Assembly: GCF_003334355.1 (NCBI RefSeq)
Contig: NZ_QOWP01000002.1
Length of the DNA stretch: 64,000 nucleotides
Strand: one strand, 5' to 3'
From: Escherichia coli
GTDB taxonomy: Bacteria > Pseudomonadota > Gammaproteobacteria > Enterobacterales > Enterobacteriaceae
Under the pieces are notes generated by a model. It had not been told where the DNA came from. It did not search any database and worked only from the letters and a program-made list of their open reading frames with translations. Below, piece after piece: positions 14,050 to 27,837 of this stretch (positions are counted from its first letter, which is position 1; each line of letters starts with the position of its first letter). The position numbers were made by a program, and so were the translations under genes.

Positions 14050-14649
14050 ATGAAACAGAGCCATTTTTTTGCCCATCTCTCCCGCCTGAAACTCATTAAC
14101 CGCTGGCCGCTCATGCGCAACGTGCGGACGGAAAATGTGTCCGAACACAGTTTGCAGGTAGCGATGGTCGCCCATGCGCTGGCAGCTATCAAAAATCGAA
14201 AATTTGGCGGTAATGTCAACGCCGAACGTATCGCTTTACTGGCGATGTACCACGATGCCTCAGAAGTGCTCACCGGCGATCTCCCTACTCCGGTGAAATA
14301 CTTCAATTCGCAAATCGCTCAGGAGTACAAGGCTATTGAAAAAATCGCTCAGCAAAAACTGGTCGATATGGTTCCGGAAGAGCTGCGGGATATCTTTGCG
14401 CCGTTAATTGACGAGCATGCATATAGCGATGAAGAAAAATCGCTGGTGAAACAGGCAGATGCACTGTGTGCATATCTGAAATGTCTGGAAGAACTCGCGG
14501 CCGGAAATAATGAATTCTTGCTGGCAAAAACGCGACTGGAAGCGACGCTTGAAGCGCGTCGCAGCCAGGAGATGGACTACTTCATGGAAGTATTTGTTCC
14601 CAGCTTCCATCTTTCGCTCGATGAGATTAGCCAGGATTCACCGCTGTAA
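14050..14649 (+). CDS. yfbR: 5'-deoxynucleotidase (HD-domain phosphohydrolase)
   Basis: 199-aa ORF with HD-domain His/Asp residues (SEHSLQVAM...[11 protein letters not shown]). Confidence 0.88.
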
Positions 14650-14659
14650 GCAGCCGGAG

Positions 14660-14702
14660 TCTGCGTCGCATCAGGCAATAAGCGCCGGATGCGACATCAG
14701 GC
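14660..14702. repeat. REP-like palindromic element between convergent yfbR and yfbS
   Basis: gcgtcgcatcaggc ... gccggatgcgacatcaggc inverted repeat typical of enterobacterial REP. Confidence 0.5.
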
Positions 14703-14707
14703 TCTTG

Positions 14708-16540
14708 TCAAAACGGAAACAGCATCGGGATCATCACCACACAAACCGCCATCACGATAATGGTGAACGGTACCCCCAACTTCACAAAGTCACTGAAGCT
14801 GTAATTTCCCGGACCTAAAACCAGTGTGTTAACAGGTGAAGAAACCGGTGTCATAAAGGCGGCGGATGCTGCCATCGCCACGACCATCGCGAATGGATAA
14901 GGCGACACCCCCATCGTTTTGGCAGCAGCCAGCGCAATCGGAGCCATCAACACCGCCGTCGCGGTATTAGAGATAAATAGCCCAATAACCGCCGACAAGA
15001 CAAACAAACACCCCAGCATCATATGTGGCCCGTAACCACCGCCAATGTCCATCAGCCCTTTCACCGCCAGCGCGACACCTCCCGTTTTCTGTAATGCCAC
15101 AGCAAACGGCATCATCCCAACGATCAAAATAATGCTCGGCCAGTGAATGGATTTATAGGCGCTTTCAGCATCTATACAGCGGAATTTCCCCATCAGCAGG
15201 CAGGCGATGATAGCGGCAACAGGATTAGGAATTTCATCGGTCAGCATTAACGCCACCATTAGCACCAGACAGAAAATGGCATGGGGTGCCTGGCTGTGCG
15301 CGGGCGATGCTTCACTCACCTCTTCCGGTAAGTTCAGCGCTACGAAGTCGCGGCCCTGTTTGGCCAGCATACCGATCAGTTTCCAGTTACCCACAACCAG
15401 GATGATATCGCCCAGCAGCAGAGGCTCATCCGCCAGCGAACCTTCCAGCGCCACGCCATTGCGCTTTAGCCCCACCACATTCAGTCCGTAGCGGGTACGA
15501 AAACCAATTTCGCGCACCGATTTACCAATCAGTTCTGACTCAGGAATTAATGAAATCTCTGCCATGCCCACATCAAGGGCCTGGTCAGAAAAATACTCGC
15601 CGCGCAGTACCATCGGCTCCAGCAATTGCTCACTACAAAATTGCCGGAGATCGACATCAGCCGCAGACATATCAATAAGCAAAACGTCACGCGCGCGAAA
15701 TTCAGAAACCCCATTAACGTTCACGATAACGCGACGAAAACGCCGCCAGCGTTCAACACCGATGACGTTAGCGCCATAACGCTCACGTAATTTGAGATCA
15801 TCCAGCCGTTGACCAATCATTGGCGATCCGGGGCGAATAGCCAGACGTCGCGCACGCCCGGTCAGTCGATATTCACGGATAAGATCGCGAAAGGTTCGAC
15901 GCGTCCAGCCTTCGCGCTGCGGGGTCTGGGTATCCCCTTTCAGCATGAAACGCATCACTAACATATACAAAATACCCAGCACCAGCACGACCAGGCCAAT
16001 AGGTGTTACGCTAAAGAAACTGAAGCCGTGATAGCCTTCACGCAGCAATTCACTGTTGACTACCAGGTTCGGCGGCGTCGCCACCAGCGTCATCATGCCG
16101 CTAATCAGCCCGGCAAAACTTAACGGCATCATCAGACGTGACGGCGAAGTTTGCATACGCATGGCAACGCTTAACACCACGGGAATAAAGATAGCGACAA
16201 CGCCGGTTGAACTCATAAACGCGCCAAGCCCCGCGACGGTCAGCATCAACAAAACCAACATTTTGATTTCACTGTTGCCCGCCACTTTGACCAGCCATGT
16301 TCCCATTACGGTGGCAACACCGGTACGGACCAAACCATCGCCAATAATAAACAAGGCGGCAATCAGGACAACGTTAGGATCAGAAAAGCCGGAAAATACT
16401 TCGGGGACCGTCAGCGTTCCGCTTAATGCAAACGCGACAATAACAAACAAAGCGACCGCATCCATACGCACTCTGCCCGTCGCAAACAAGACAATGGCAA
16501 CGGCCAGTAATGAAAGAACCCAAATCAATTCACCGTTCAC
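14708..16540 (-). CDS. yfbS: Putative anion transporter with central TrkA-C regulatory domains
   Basis: 610-aa ORF (GTG start) with hydrophobic N- and C-terminal transporter halves flanking a soluble TrkA-C-like middle region. Confidence 0.88.
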
Positions 16541-16583
16541 AACTTATCCTTGTTAATTGAGGGAGATGACTTGATTCTGCCAT

Positions 16584-16607
16584 AAAAAAGCCCCGACGAG
16601 ACGGGGC
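16584..16607 (-). terminator. Intrinsic terminator after yfbT
   Basis: On minus strand: gccccg-loop-cggggc hairpin followed by TTTTTT; lies between yfbT stop and yfbS start. Confidence 0.55.
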
Positions 16608-16626
16608 TAAATCATGATCAGGTGTT

Positions 16627-17277
16627 TCACTGAATAATAACATCGCCATTTGGCTGTTTGGTCACAGTAATTTGCTCCAGACTGTGGAGGACCAAATCGA
16701 CCTCATTCAGGCGCGGGGTATCTGCCGGAGCGTTAACCGCAATGACATGGCAACCCGCCGCCAGGCCAGAAAGCACGCCAGCGGGAGCATCTTCCACCAC
16801 CACACACTCCTGCGGCGCAAGCCCCAGCAGCTGCGCGCCTAACAGATACGCATCAGGTTCTGGTTTTCCGCGCTTCACTCGCTCAGCGGTTACAAACACC
16901 TCTGGTGCGGGAAGCCCAGCTATTTTATGGCGCGCTCGCGCTACCGGCATGGAGCCAGAAGTCACAATGGCCCACGGAATACCTGCTTTATTCAAATGAC
17001 TGAGTAAGGCGATTGCCCCCGGAAGCGCGGTAATACCTTCGGTTTCCGTGGCCTCGATGTGCTCCAGACGCGTAAACTCGGCGGCAATATCAGCCTCGGA
17101 TTTGCCCGCCATAAAATGGCGCAGAGAGGTGATCGCCTGTTTACCGTGAATGAAAGCCAGCACCTCTTCCGGCGCTAACCCATGACGTCTGGCCCAGTTG
17201 CTCCACGCCCGTTCTACCGCAGGCAGGGAATCCACCAGCGTTCCATCAAGATCAAACAGAAAACCTTTGCACCGCAC
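16627..17277 (-). CDS. yfbT: HAD-family sugar phosphatase
   Basis: HAD motif I (FLFDLDGTLVDS); start trimmed to GTG at 17277 preceded by GAGGAGG Shine-Dalgarno (ORF-track start overlaps the SD). Confidence 0.85.
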   Translation of the reverse strand: MRCKGFLFDLDGTLVDSLPAVERAWSNWARRHGLAPEEVLAFIHGKQAITSLRHFMAGKSEADIAAEFTRLEHIEATETEGITALPGAIALLSHLNKAGIPWAIVTSGSMPVARARHKIAGLPAPEVFVTAERVKRGKPEPDAYLLGAQLLGLAPQECVVVEDAPAGVLSGLAAGCHVIAVNAPADTPRLNEVDLVLHSLEQITVTKQPNGDVIIQ

Positions 17278-17287
17278 GCGGGCCTCC

Positions 17288-17860
<573 letters not shown>

Positions 17861-17864
17861 TCAA

Positions 17865-18320
17865 TTACAAATCATCAAGGAAAGTTTTATCCAGTTGTTT
17901 GAAGGCGCGCTTAAGCGTGTCAGCTAATGCCTGGTAATCAGGCTTGCCTTCAACGGGTGCCAACACCTGTCCAGACTCCTGCAATTTACCGCGAACTTCA
18001 TAAAACCAGTTGAGGATAGCAGGGGGTAATGGCGTTACAGAACGCTTGCCCAGCCACCACAATCCCTGCATGGGTAAACTTAAGGCGAACAGCGCAGTGG
18101 CAACTGCCGGCCCAAGCTGACCGCCCAGGGCAATCTGCCAGCAGAGAGTAAATACGGCGATCGGCGGCATAAAACGGATCGCATAACGCGTCATCTTGAT
18201 AACGCGATTTTCGACAAAGACCGGGGCAAGGCGTTTTTCCAGCGGCCACGTCTTTGAGTAATGCTGTCCCCGGCGAAACAAGCTAAAAAAATTAACAGAA
18301 CGATTATCCGGCGTTGACAT
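17865..18320 (-). CDS. yfbV: UPF0208 inner-membrane protein
   Basis: 151-aa ORF with two hydrophobic segments; conserved neighbour upstream of ackA. Confidence 0.85.
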
Positions 18321-18658
18321 GCTTCACCTCAACTTCACATATAAAGATTCAAAAATTTGTGCAAATTCACAACTCAGCGGGACAACGTTCAAAACATTTT
18401 GTCTTCCATACCCACTATCAGGTATCCTTTAGCAGCCTGAAGGCCTAAGTAGTACATATTCATTGAGTCGTCAAATTCATATACATTATGCCATTGGCTG
18501 AAAATTACGCAAAATGGCATAGACTCAAGATATTTCTTCCATCATGCAAAAAAAAATTTGCAGTGCATGATGTTAATCATAAATGTCGGTGTCATCATGC
18601 GCTACGCTCTATGGCTCCCTGACGTTTTTTTAGCCACGTATCAATTATAGGTACTTCC

Positions 18659-19861
18659 ATGTCGAGTAAGTTAGTACTGGTTCTGAACTGCGGTAGTTCT
18701 TCACTGAAATTTGCCATCATCGATGCAGTAAATGGTGAAGAGTACCTTTCTGGTTTAGCCGAATGTTTCCACCTGCCTGAAGCACGTATCAAATGGAAAA
18801 TGGACGGCAATAAACAGGAAGCGGCTTTAGGTGCAGGCGCCGCTCACAGCGAAGCGCTCAACTTTATCGTTAATACTATTCTGGCACAAAAACCAGAACT
18901 GTCTGCGCAGCTGACTGCTATCGGTCACCGTATCGTACACGGCGGCGAAAAGTATACCAGCTCCGTAGTGATCGATGAGTCTGTTATTCAGGGTATCAAA
19001 GATGCAGCTTCTTTTGCACCGCTGCACAACCCGGCTCACCTGATCGGTATCGAAGAAGCTCTGAAATCTTTCCCACAGCTGAAAGACAAAAACGTTGCTG
19101 TATTTGACACCGCGTTCCACCAGACTATGCCGGAAGAGTCTTACCTCTACGCCCTGCCTTACAACCTGTACAAAGAGCACGGCATCCGTCGTTACGGCGC
19201 GCACGGCACCAGCCACTTCTATGTAACCCAGGAAGCGGCAAAAATGCTGAACAAACCGGTAGAAGAACTGAACATCATCACCTGCCACCTGGGCAACGGT
19301 GGTTCCGTTTCTGCTATCCGCAACGGTAAATGCGTTGACACCTCTATGGGCCTGACCCCGCTGGAAGGTCTGGTCATGGGTACCCGTTCTGGTGATATCG
19401 ATCCGGCGATCATCTTCCACCTGCACGACACCCTGGGCATGAGCGTTGACGCAATCAACAAACTGCTGACCAAAGAGTCTGGCCTGCTGGGTCTGACCGA
19501 AGTGACCAGCGACTGCCGCTATGTTGAAGACAACTACGCGACGAAAGAAGACGCGAAGCGCGCAATGGACGTTTACTGCCACCGCCTGGCGAAATACATC
19601 GGTGCCTACACTGCGCTGATGGATGGTCGTCTGGACGCTGTTGTATTCACTGGTGGTATCGGTGAAAATGCCGCGATGGTTCGTGAACTGTCTCTGGGCA
19701 AACTGGGCGTGCTGGGCTTTGAAGTTGATCATGAACGCAACCTGGCTGCACGTTTCGGCAAATCTGGTTTCATCAACAAAGAAGGTACCCGTCCTGCGGT
19801 GGTTATCCCAACCAACGAAGAACTGGTTATCGCGCAAGACGCGAGCCGCCTGACTGCCTGA
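18659..19861 (+). CDS. ackA: Acetate kinase
   Basis: 400-aa ORF, N-terminal [12 protein letters not shown] and ASKHSH-family motifs. Confidence 0.95.
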   Translation: MSSKLVLVLNCGSSSLKFAIIDAVNGEEYLSGLAECFHLPEARIKWKMDGNKQEAALGAGAAHSEALNFIVNTILAQKPELSAQLTAIGHRIVHGGEKYTSSVVIDESVIQGIKDAASFAPLHNPAHLIGIEEALKSFPQLKDKNVAVFDTAFHQTMPEESYLYALPYNLYKEHGIRRYGAHGTSHFYVTQEAAKMLNKPVEELNIITCHLGNGGSVSAIRNGKCVDTSMGLTPLEGLVMGTRSGDIDPAIIFHLHDTLGMSVDAINKLLTKESGLLGLTEVTSDCRYVEDNYATKEDAKRAMDVYCHRLAKYIGAYTALMDGRLDAVVFTGGIGENAAMVRELSLGKLGVLGFEVDHERNLAARFGKSGFINKEGTRPAVVIPTNEELVIAQDASRLTA

Positions 19862-19866
19862 TTTCA

Positions 19867-19896
19867 CACCGCCAGCTCAGCTGGCGGTGCTGTTTT
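19867..19896 (+). other. Stem-loop in ackA-pta intercistronic region
   Basis: caccgccagc / gctggcggtg 10-bp inverted repeat then CTGTTTTG; weak U-tract, possibly partial terminator or processing site. Confidence 0.35.
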
Positions 19897-19935
19897 GTAA
19901 CCCGCCAAATCGGCGGTAACGAAAGAGGATAAACC

Positions 19936-22080
19936 GTGTCCCGTATTATTATGCTGATCCCTACCGGAACCAGCGTCGGTCTGACCAGCGTCAGCCTTGG
20001 CGTGATCCGTGCAATGGAACGCAAAGGCGTTCGTCTGAGCGTTTTCAAACCTATCGCTCAGCCGCGTACCGGTGGCGATGCGCCCGATCAGACTACGACT
20101 ATCGTGCGTGCGAACTCTTCCACCACGACGGCCGCTGAACCGCTGAAAATGAGCTACGTTGAAGGTCTGCTTTCCAGCAATCAGAAAGATGTGCTGATGG
20201 AAGAGATCGTCGCAAACTACCACGCTAACACCAAAGACGCTGAAGTCGTTCTGGTTGAAGGTCTGGTCCCGACACGTAAGCACCAGTTTGCCCAGTCTCT
20301 GAACTACGAAATCGCTAAAACGCTGAATGCGGAAATCGTCTTCGTTATGTCTCAGGGCACTGACACCCCGGAACAGCTGAAAGAGCGTATCGAACTGACC
20401 CGCAACAGCTTCGGCGGTGCCAAAAACACCAACATCACCGGCGTTATCGTTAACAAACTGAACGCACCGGTTGATGAACAGGGTCGTACTCGCCCGGATC
20501 TGTCCGAGATTTTCGACGACTCTTCCAAAGCTAAAGTAAACAATGTTGATCCGGCGAAGCTGCAAGAATCCAGCCCGCTGCCGGTTCTCGGCGCTGTGCC
20601 GTGGAGCTTTGACCTGATCGCGACTCGTGCGATCGATATGGCTCGCCACCTGAATGCGACCATCATCAACGAAGGCGACATCAATACTCGCCGCGTTAAA
20701 TCCGTCACTTTCTGCGCACGCAGCATTCCGCACATGCTGGAGCACTTCCGTGCCGGTTCTCTGCTGGTGACTTCCGCAGACCGTCCTGACGTGCTGGTGG
20801 CCGCTTGCCTGGCAGCCATGAACGGCGTAGAAATCGGTGCCCTGCTGCTGACTGGCGGCTACGAAATGGACGCGCGCATTTCTAAACTGTGCGAACGTGC
20901 TTTCGCTACCGGCCTGCCGGTATTTATGGTGAACACCAACACCTGGCAGACCTCTCTGAGCCTGCAGAGCTTCAACCTGGAGGTTCCGGTTGACGATCAC
21001 GAACGTATCGAGAAAGTTCAGGAATACGTTGCTAACTACATCAACGCTGACTGGATCGAATCTCTGACTGCCACTTCTGAGCGCAGCCGTCGTCTGTCTC
21101 CGCCTGCGTTCCGTTATCAGCTGACTGAACTTGCGCGCAAAGCGGGCAAACGTATCGTACTGCCGGAAGGTGACGAACCGCGTACCGTTAAAGCAGCCGC
21201 TATCTGTGCTGAACGTGGTATCGCAACTTGCGTACTGCTGGGTAATCCGGCAGAGATCAACCGTGTTGCAGCGTCTCAGGGTGTAGAACTGGGTGCAGGG
21301 ATTGAAATCGTTGATCCAGAAGTGGTTCGCGAAAGCTATGTTGGTCGTCTGGTCGAACTGCGTAAGAACAAAGGCATGACCGAAACCGTTGCCCGCGAAC
21401 AGCTGGAAGACAACGTGGTGCTCGGTACGCTGATGCTGGAACAGGATGAAGTTGATGGTCTGGTTTCCGGTGCTGTTCACACTACCGCAAACACCATCCG
21501 TCCGCCGCTGCAGCTGATCAAAACTGCACCGGGCAGCTCCCTGGTATCTTCCGTGTTCTTCATGCTGCTGCCGGAACAGGTTTACGTTTACGGTGACTGT
21601 GCGATCAACCCGGATCCGACCGCTGAACAGCTGGCAGAAATCGCGATTCAGTCCGCTGATTCCGCTGCGGCCTTCGGTATCGAACCGCGCGTTGCTATGC
21701 TCTCCTACTCCACCGGTACTTCTGGTGCAGGTAGCGACGTAGAAAAAGTTCGCGAAGCAACTCGTCTGGCGCAGGAAAAACGTCCTGACCTGATGATCGA
21801 CGGTCCGCTGCAGTACGACGCTGCGGTAATGGCTGACGTTGCGAAATCCAAAGCGCCGAACTCTCCGGTTGCAGGTCGCGCTACCGTGTTCATCTTCCCG
21901 GATCTGAACACCGGTAACACCACCTACAAAGCGGTACAGCGTTCTGCCGACCTGATCTCCATCGGGCCGATGCTGCAGGGTATGCGCAAGCCGGTTAACG
22001 ACCTGTCCCGTGGCGCACTGGTTGACGATATCGTCTACACCATCGCGCTGACTGCGATTCAGTCTGCACAGCAGCAGTAA
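19936..22080 (+). CDS. pta: Phosphate acetyltransferase
   Basis: 714-aa ORF, three-domain Pta architecture, directly downstream of ackA. Confidence 0.95.
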
Positions 22081-22120
22081 TCTCGTCATCATCCGCAGCT
22101 TTGCGCTGCGGATATCTGAA

Positions 22121-22149
22121 CCGGAAATAATCACTATTTCCGGTTTTTT
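22121..22149 (+). terminator. Intrinsic terminator of ackA-pta operon
   Basis: ccggaaat-loop-atttccgg hairpin followed by TTTTTT, about 40 bp after pta stop. Confidence 0.8.
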
Positions 22150-22269
22150 ATTCTCTTAATCTGCATTAATCCTTTCTGATTATCTTGCTTAACTGCGCTG
22201 CATCAATGAATTGCGCCATTTCACTTTGCATACTTACCACTTTGTTTTGTGCAAGGGAATATTTGCGCT

Positions 22270-23790
22270 ATGTCCGCAATCACTGAATCCAAACCAACAA
22301 GAAGATGGGCAATGCCCGATACGTTGGTGATTATCTTTTTTGTTGCTATTTTAACCAGCCTTGCCACCTGGGTAGTTCCGGTGGGGATGTTTGACAGTCA
22401 GGAAGTGCAGTATCAGGTTGATGGTCAAACAAAAACACGCAAAGTCGTAGATCCACACTCATTTCGCATTCTGACTAACGAAGCAGGCGAACCTGAGTAT
22501 CACCGCGTACAGCTGTTCACGACGGGCGATGAACGCCCGGGCCTGATGAACTTCCCGTTTGAAGGGCTAACCTCAGGATCGAAATACGGGACAGCCGTTG
22601 GCATCATCATGTTTATGCTGGTGATTGGCGGCGCGTTTGGCATTGTGATGCGTACAGGAACCATTGATAACGGTATCCTGGCGCTTATTCGCCATACCCG
22701 CGGGAATGAAATTCTCTTTATTCCTGCGCTGTTTATTCTGTTTTCACTTGGCGGCGCGGTATTTGGTATGGGAGAAGAGGCCGTCGCCTTTGCCATTATC
22801 ATCGCACCGCTAATGGTCCGGCTGGGCTATGACAGTATTACCACCGTCCTGGTGACCTATATTGCCACGCAAATCGGTTTTGCCAGTTCGTGGATGAACC
22901 CGTTTTGTGTGGTCGTTGCTCAGGGGATTGCCGGCGTTCCGGTGCTTTCTGGCTCCGGGTTGCGCATCGTGGTGTGGGTTATCGCCACTATGATTGGCCT
23001 GATCTTTACCATGGTGTACGCCTCACGAGTGAAAAAGAATCCTCTTCTGTCACGCGTGCATGAGTCCGACCGCTTCTTTCGTGAAAAGCAGGCGGATGTT
23101 GAACAACGTCCGTTTACCTTTGGTGACTGGCTGGTATTGATTGTCCTGACCGCCGTAATGGTCTGGGTGATTTGGGGCGTGATCGTTAATGCCTGGTTTA
23201 TTCCAGAAATTGCCAGCCAGTTCTTCACCATGGGTCTGGTGATTGGCATCATCGGCGTTGTTTTCCGCCTTAACGGCATGACGGTTAATACCATGGCTTC
23301 ATCCTTTACCGAAGGGGCGCGAATGATGATCGCCCCTGCCCTGCTGGTGGGTTTCGCCAAAGGGATTTTGCTGCTGGTCGGTAATGGTGAAGCGGGTGAT
23401 GCCAGCGTGTTAAATACCATCCTCAACAGCATTGCCAATGCCATTAGCGGTCTGGACAACGCGGTCGCGGCCTGGTTTATGTTGCTCTTCCAGGCGGTAT
23501 TTAATTTCTTCGTGACGTCCGGTTCTGGTCAGGCGGCGTTAACCATGCCGTTACTGGCACCGCTTGGCGATCTGGTCGGTGTTAACCGTCAGGTTACCGT
23601 GCTGGCATTCCAGTTTGGTGATGGCTTCAGTCACATCATTTACCCAACCTCAGCTTCGTTAATGGCAACTCTCGGTGTGTGCAGGGTGGACTTCCGTAAC
23701 TGGCTGAAGGTGGGCGCGACCCTACTTGGACTGCTGTTTATTATGTCCAGCGTCGTAGTGATCGGCGCTCAGTTGATGGGCTACCACTAA
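22270..23790 (+). CDS. yfcC: Putative inner-membrane transporter-like protein
   Basis: Polytopic membrane ORF; ORF-track start is GTG at 22249, ATG at 22270 gives 506 aa. Confidence 0.83.
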   Translation: MSAITESKPTRRWAMPDTLVIIFFVAILTSLATWVVPVGMFDSQEVQYQVDGQTKTRKVVDPHSFRILTNEAGEPEYHRVQLFTTGDERPGLMNFPFEGLTSGSKYGTAVGIIMFMLVIGGAFGIVMRTGTIDNGILALIRHTRGNEILFIPALFILFSLGGAVFGMGEEAVAFAIIIAPLMVRLGYDSITTVLVTYIATQIGFASSWMNPFCVVVAQGIAGVPVLSGSGLRIVVWVIATMIGLIFTMVYASRVKKNPLLSRVHESDRFFREKQADVEQRPFTFGDWLVLIVLTAVMVWVIWGVIVNAWFIPEIASQFFTMGLVIGIIGVVFRLNGMTVNTMASSFTEGARMMIAPALLVGFAKGILLLVGNGEAGDASVLNTILNSIANAISGLDNAVAAWFMLLFQAVFNFFVTSGSGQAALTMPLLAPLGDLVGVNRQVTVLAFQFGDGFSHIIYPTSASLMATLGVCRVDFRNWLKVGATLLGLLFIMSSVVVIGAQLMGYH

Positions 23791-23797
23791 AAATGTT

Positions 23798-23824
23798 AAG
23801 AGCCGCAATTGCGGCTCTTTTTTC
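23798..23824. terminator. Bidirectional intrinsic terminator between convergent yfcC and yfcD
   Basis: aagagccgc-aatt-gcggctctt hairpin flanked by AAAA and TTTT. Confidence 0.7.
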
Positions 23825-24365
23825 ATTCTGCCGTTTCAGTCTCTACGGCTTCATTTTTGGCATTGCGCTTCATCCACAACGCCAGCGCTTTCAGCGAGTC
23901 TGGAGTGAACTCATCGCAGCGTGCGGTGATTTCTTCCGGCGTCAGCCAGCAAACTTCACTGACTTCATCTTCCTGTAGTGCGAAGGGACCGTGAGAGACG
24001 CAGCTGAACAACGCGCCCCAGACACGGCAATTTTTATCTTCGAAATAGAACTGCCCGTGCTCGGCAAAGGGGACACCGGCAATGCCCAACTCTTCTTCCG
24101 CTTCGCGACGCGCGGATTCCAGCAGTTGCTCATCGGCCTGGACTACACCGCCTGCGGTCGCATCCAACATGCCGGGTAAAAAGTCTTTTGTCTCGGTACG
24201 ACGCTGGACCAGAATTTTGCCCATGCCATCATGCACGACGATGTAAGTTGCACGATGACGCAGACACTGTGCCCGCATTTGTTCCCGGCTGGCTTGTGCA
24301 ATGACTTCGTTCTCTTCATTGACAATATCCACCCATTCAGTACTTGCCAAACGACGCTGTTCCAT
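23823..24365 (-). CDS. yfcD: Nudix hydrolase
   Basis: 180-aa ORF with Nudix box ([24 protein letters not shown]). Confidence 0.9.
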
Positions 24366-24422
24366 TATCAGGAAACCTTCTTTTTCTGGCGCTCTTACGG
24401 CGCATTTTGAGTTGTGGGTAAA

Positions 24423-24977
24423 TTACGGATTAATCGCGACCTGCGCAATGATACTTTGATCATTGAGTGCGATTACACTAAGTACGTCATTATCCAGCAT
24501 GCCATAACTCGCCGGATTACCGCCTTTCGGAATACTCACCGAGCCGGGGTTGAAGTGGAAAATCTCCCCCCGCTGTTCTGCCACTGGCAGATGGGTATGA
24601 CCGTACACCAGCACATCGTTCTGGTTTAAAGCAGGCAGATTTTCCGGGCCAAAAAGATGACCATGCGTCAAAAACAGACGTTGTTTTTCCAGTAATACCT
24701 GTTGCCACGGCGCGGTTATCGGGAAATGCAGCAGCATTTGATCCACTTCGCTGTCGCAGTTGCCGCGCACAGCGATAACCTTATGTGCCACTTCATTAAG
24801 CCGTTCAGCGACTTTGGCTGGCGCGTAACCCTCCGGTAAAGCATTACGCGGGCCGTGATTCAACACGTCGCCAAGGATCACCAGCCACTGGGCACCGCTT
24901 TGGGCAAACAACTCCAGAACACGTTCCGTCGCCGGTAACGACCCATGAATGTCCGATGCAAACATCAGTTTCATCAC
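24423..24977 (-). CDS. yfcE: Metallophosphoesterase / phosphodiesterase
   Basis: 184-aa ORF with calcineurin-like motifs (DIHGS, GDVLNHG, GHTH). Confidence 0.9.
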   Translation of the reverse strand: MMKLMFASDIHGSLPATERVLELFAQSGAQWLVILGDVLNHGPRNALPEGYAPAKVAERLNEVAHKVIAVRGNCDSEVDQMLLHFPITAPWQQVLLEKQRLFLTHGHLFGPENLPALNQNDVLVYGHTHLPVAEQRGEIFHFNPGSVSIPKGGNPASYGMLDNDVLSVIALNDQSIIAQVAINP

Positions 24978-24980
24978 TCA

Positions 24981-26457
<1,477 letters not shown>

Positions 26458-26513
26458 CAGAAACAGGTTCTCGTGTATTATTTCATCCTAAGTAAAACAA
26501 CGGAGAACCTGCA

Positions 26514-26876
26514 ATGGCACAACCTGCCGCTATTATTCGTATAAAGAACCTTCGTTTGCGTACGTTTATCGGAATTAAGGAAGAAGAAATTAACAACCGT
26601 CAGGATATTGTTATCAATGTGACGATCCACTACCCCGCCGATAAAGCGCGCACTAGCGAAGATATCAACGATGCGCTGAATTATCGCACCGTAACGAAAA
26701 ACATTATTCAGCATGTAGAGAATAACCGTTTCTCTTTGCTGGAAAAATTAACTCAGGATGTGCTCGATATCGCACGTGAACATCACTGGGTGACGTATGC
26801 TGAAGTGGAGATCGATAAACTGCACGCGCTGCGCTACGCCGATTCGGTATCCATGACCTTAAGCTGGCAGCGTTAA
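26514..26876 (+). CDS. folX: Dihydroneopterin triphosphate 2'-epimerase
   Basis: 120-aa ORF, FolB/FolX family signature ([19 protein letters not shown]). Confidence 0.9.
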
Positions 26877-26896
26877 TCGCCATATCGGGAGGCTGC

Positions 26897-27790
26897 ATGA
26901 ACATAGTGATCACCGGAGGGACAGGATTAATTGGTCGCCATTTGATTCCGCGTTTGCTGGAGCTGGGCCATCAAATTACGGTAGTGACGCGTAACCCGCA
27001 GAAAGCCAGTTCCGTTCTCGGCCCTCGGGTGACACTATGGCAAGGGCTTGCCGATCAAAGCAACCTCAACGGCGTTGATGCGGTAATCAACCTGGCCGGA
27101 GAACCGATTGCTGATAAACGCTGGACTCACGAGCAAAAAGAGCGTCTCTGCCAAAGCCGCTGGAATATCACGCAAAAACTGGTCGATTTGATTAATGCCA
27201 GCGACACGCCACCGTCGGTACTCATTTCCGGCTCGGCAACGGGCTATTATGGTGACTTAGGTGAAGTGGTGGTTACCGAAGAGGAACCGCCGCATAACGA
27301 ATTTACCCATAAACTCTGCGCTCGCTGGGAAGAAATTGCCTGCCGGGCGCAAAGTGACAAAACGCGAGTGTGCCTGCTGCGTACCGGTGTAGTGCTGGCA
27401 CCGGATGGCGGTATTCTCGGTAAAATGCTGCCGCCGTTTCGTCTTGGCCTGGGCGGGCCGATTGGCTCTGGTCGGCAGTATCTGGCCTGGATTCATATTG
27501 ATGATATGGTCAACGGTATTCTCTGGCTGCTGGATAACGAGCTGCGCGGGCCATTTAATATGGTTTCGCCCTACCCGGTACGCAATGAACAATTTGCCCA
27601 TGCGCTCGGTCATGCGCTGCATCGCCCGGCCATTTTGCGCGTCCCCGCGACCGCCATTCGACTGTTAATGGGCGAATCTTCAGTACTGGTATTAGGTGGA
27701 CAACGCGCGCTGCCTAAACGGCTGGAAGAAGCGGGTTTTGCGTTTCGCTGGTACGATTTAGAAGAGGCGCTGGCGGATGTCGTTCGCTGA
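26897..27790 (+). CDS. yfcH: NAD-dependent epimerase/dehydratase family protein
   Basis: 297-aa ORF with N-terminal Rossmann motif ([12 protein letters not shown]). Confidence 0.87.
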
Positions 27791-27837
27791 TGTGGTTTAC
27801 AGCAAACATCCGCCAGTTAACTCCCGGTGTTACAGGA

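Noticed and set aside
18827..19867. 346-aa minus-strand ORF
   Set aside because: Antisense to ackA; same reasoning as for the pta antisense frame.
19864..22134. 756-aa minus-strand ORF spanning all of pta
   Set aside because: Antisense to the well-supported pta gene; stop-free antisense frames are common in highly expressed GC-balanced genes; no independent RBS or promoter evident.
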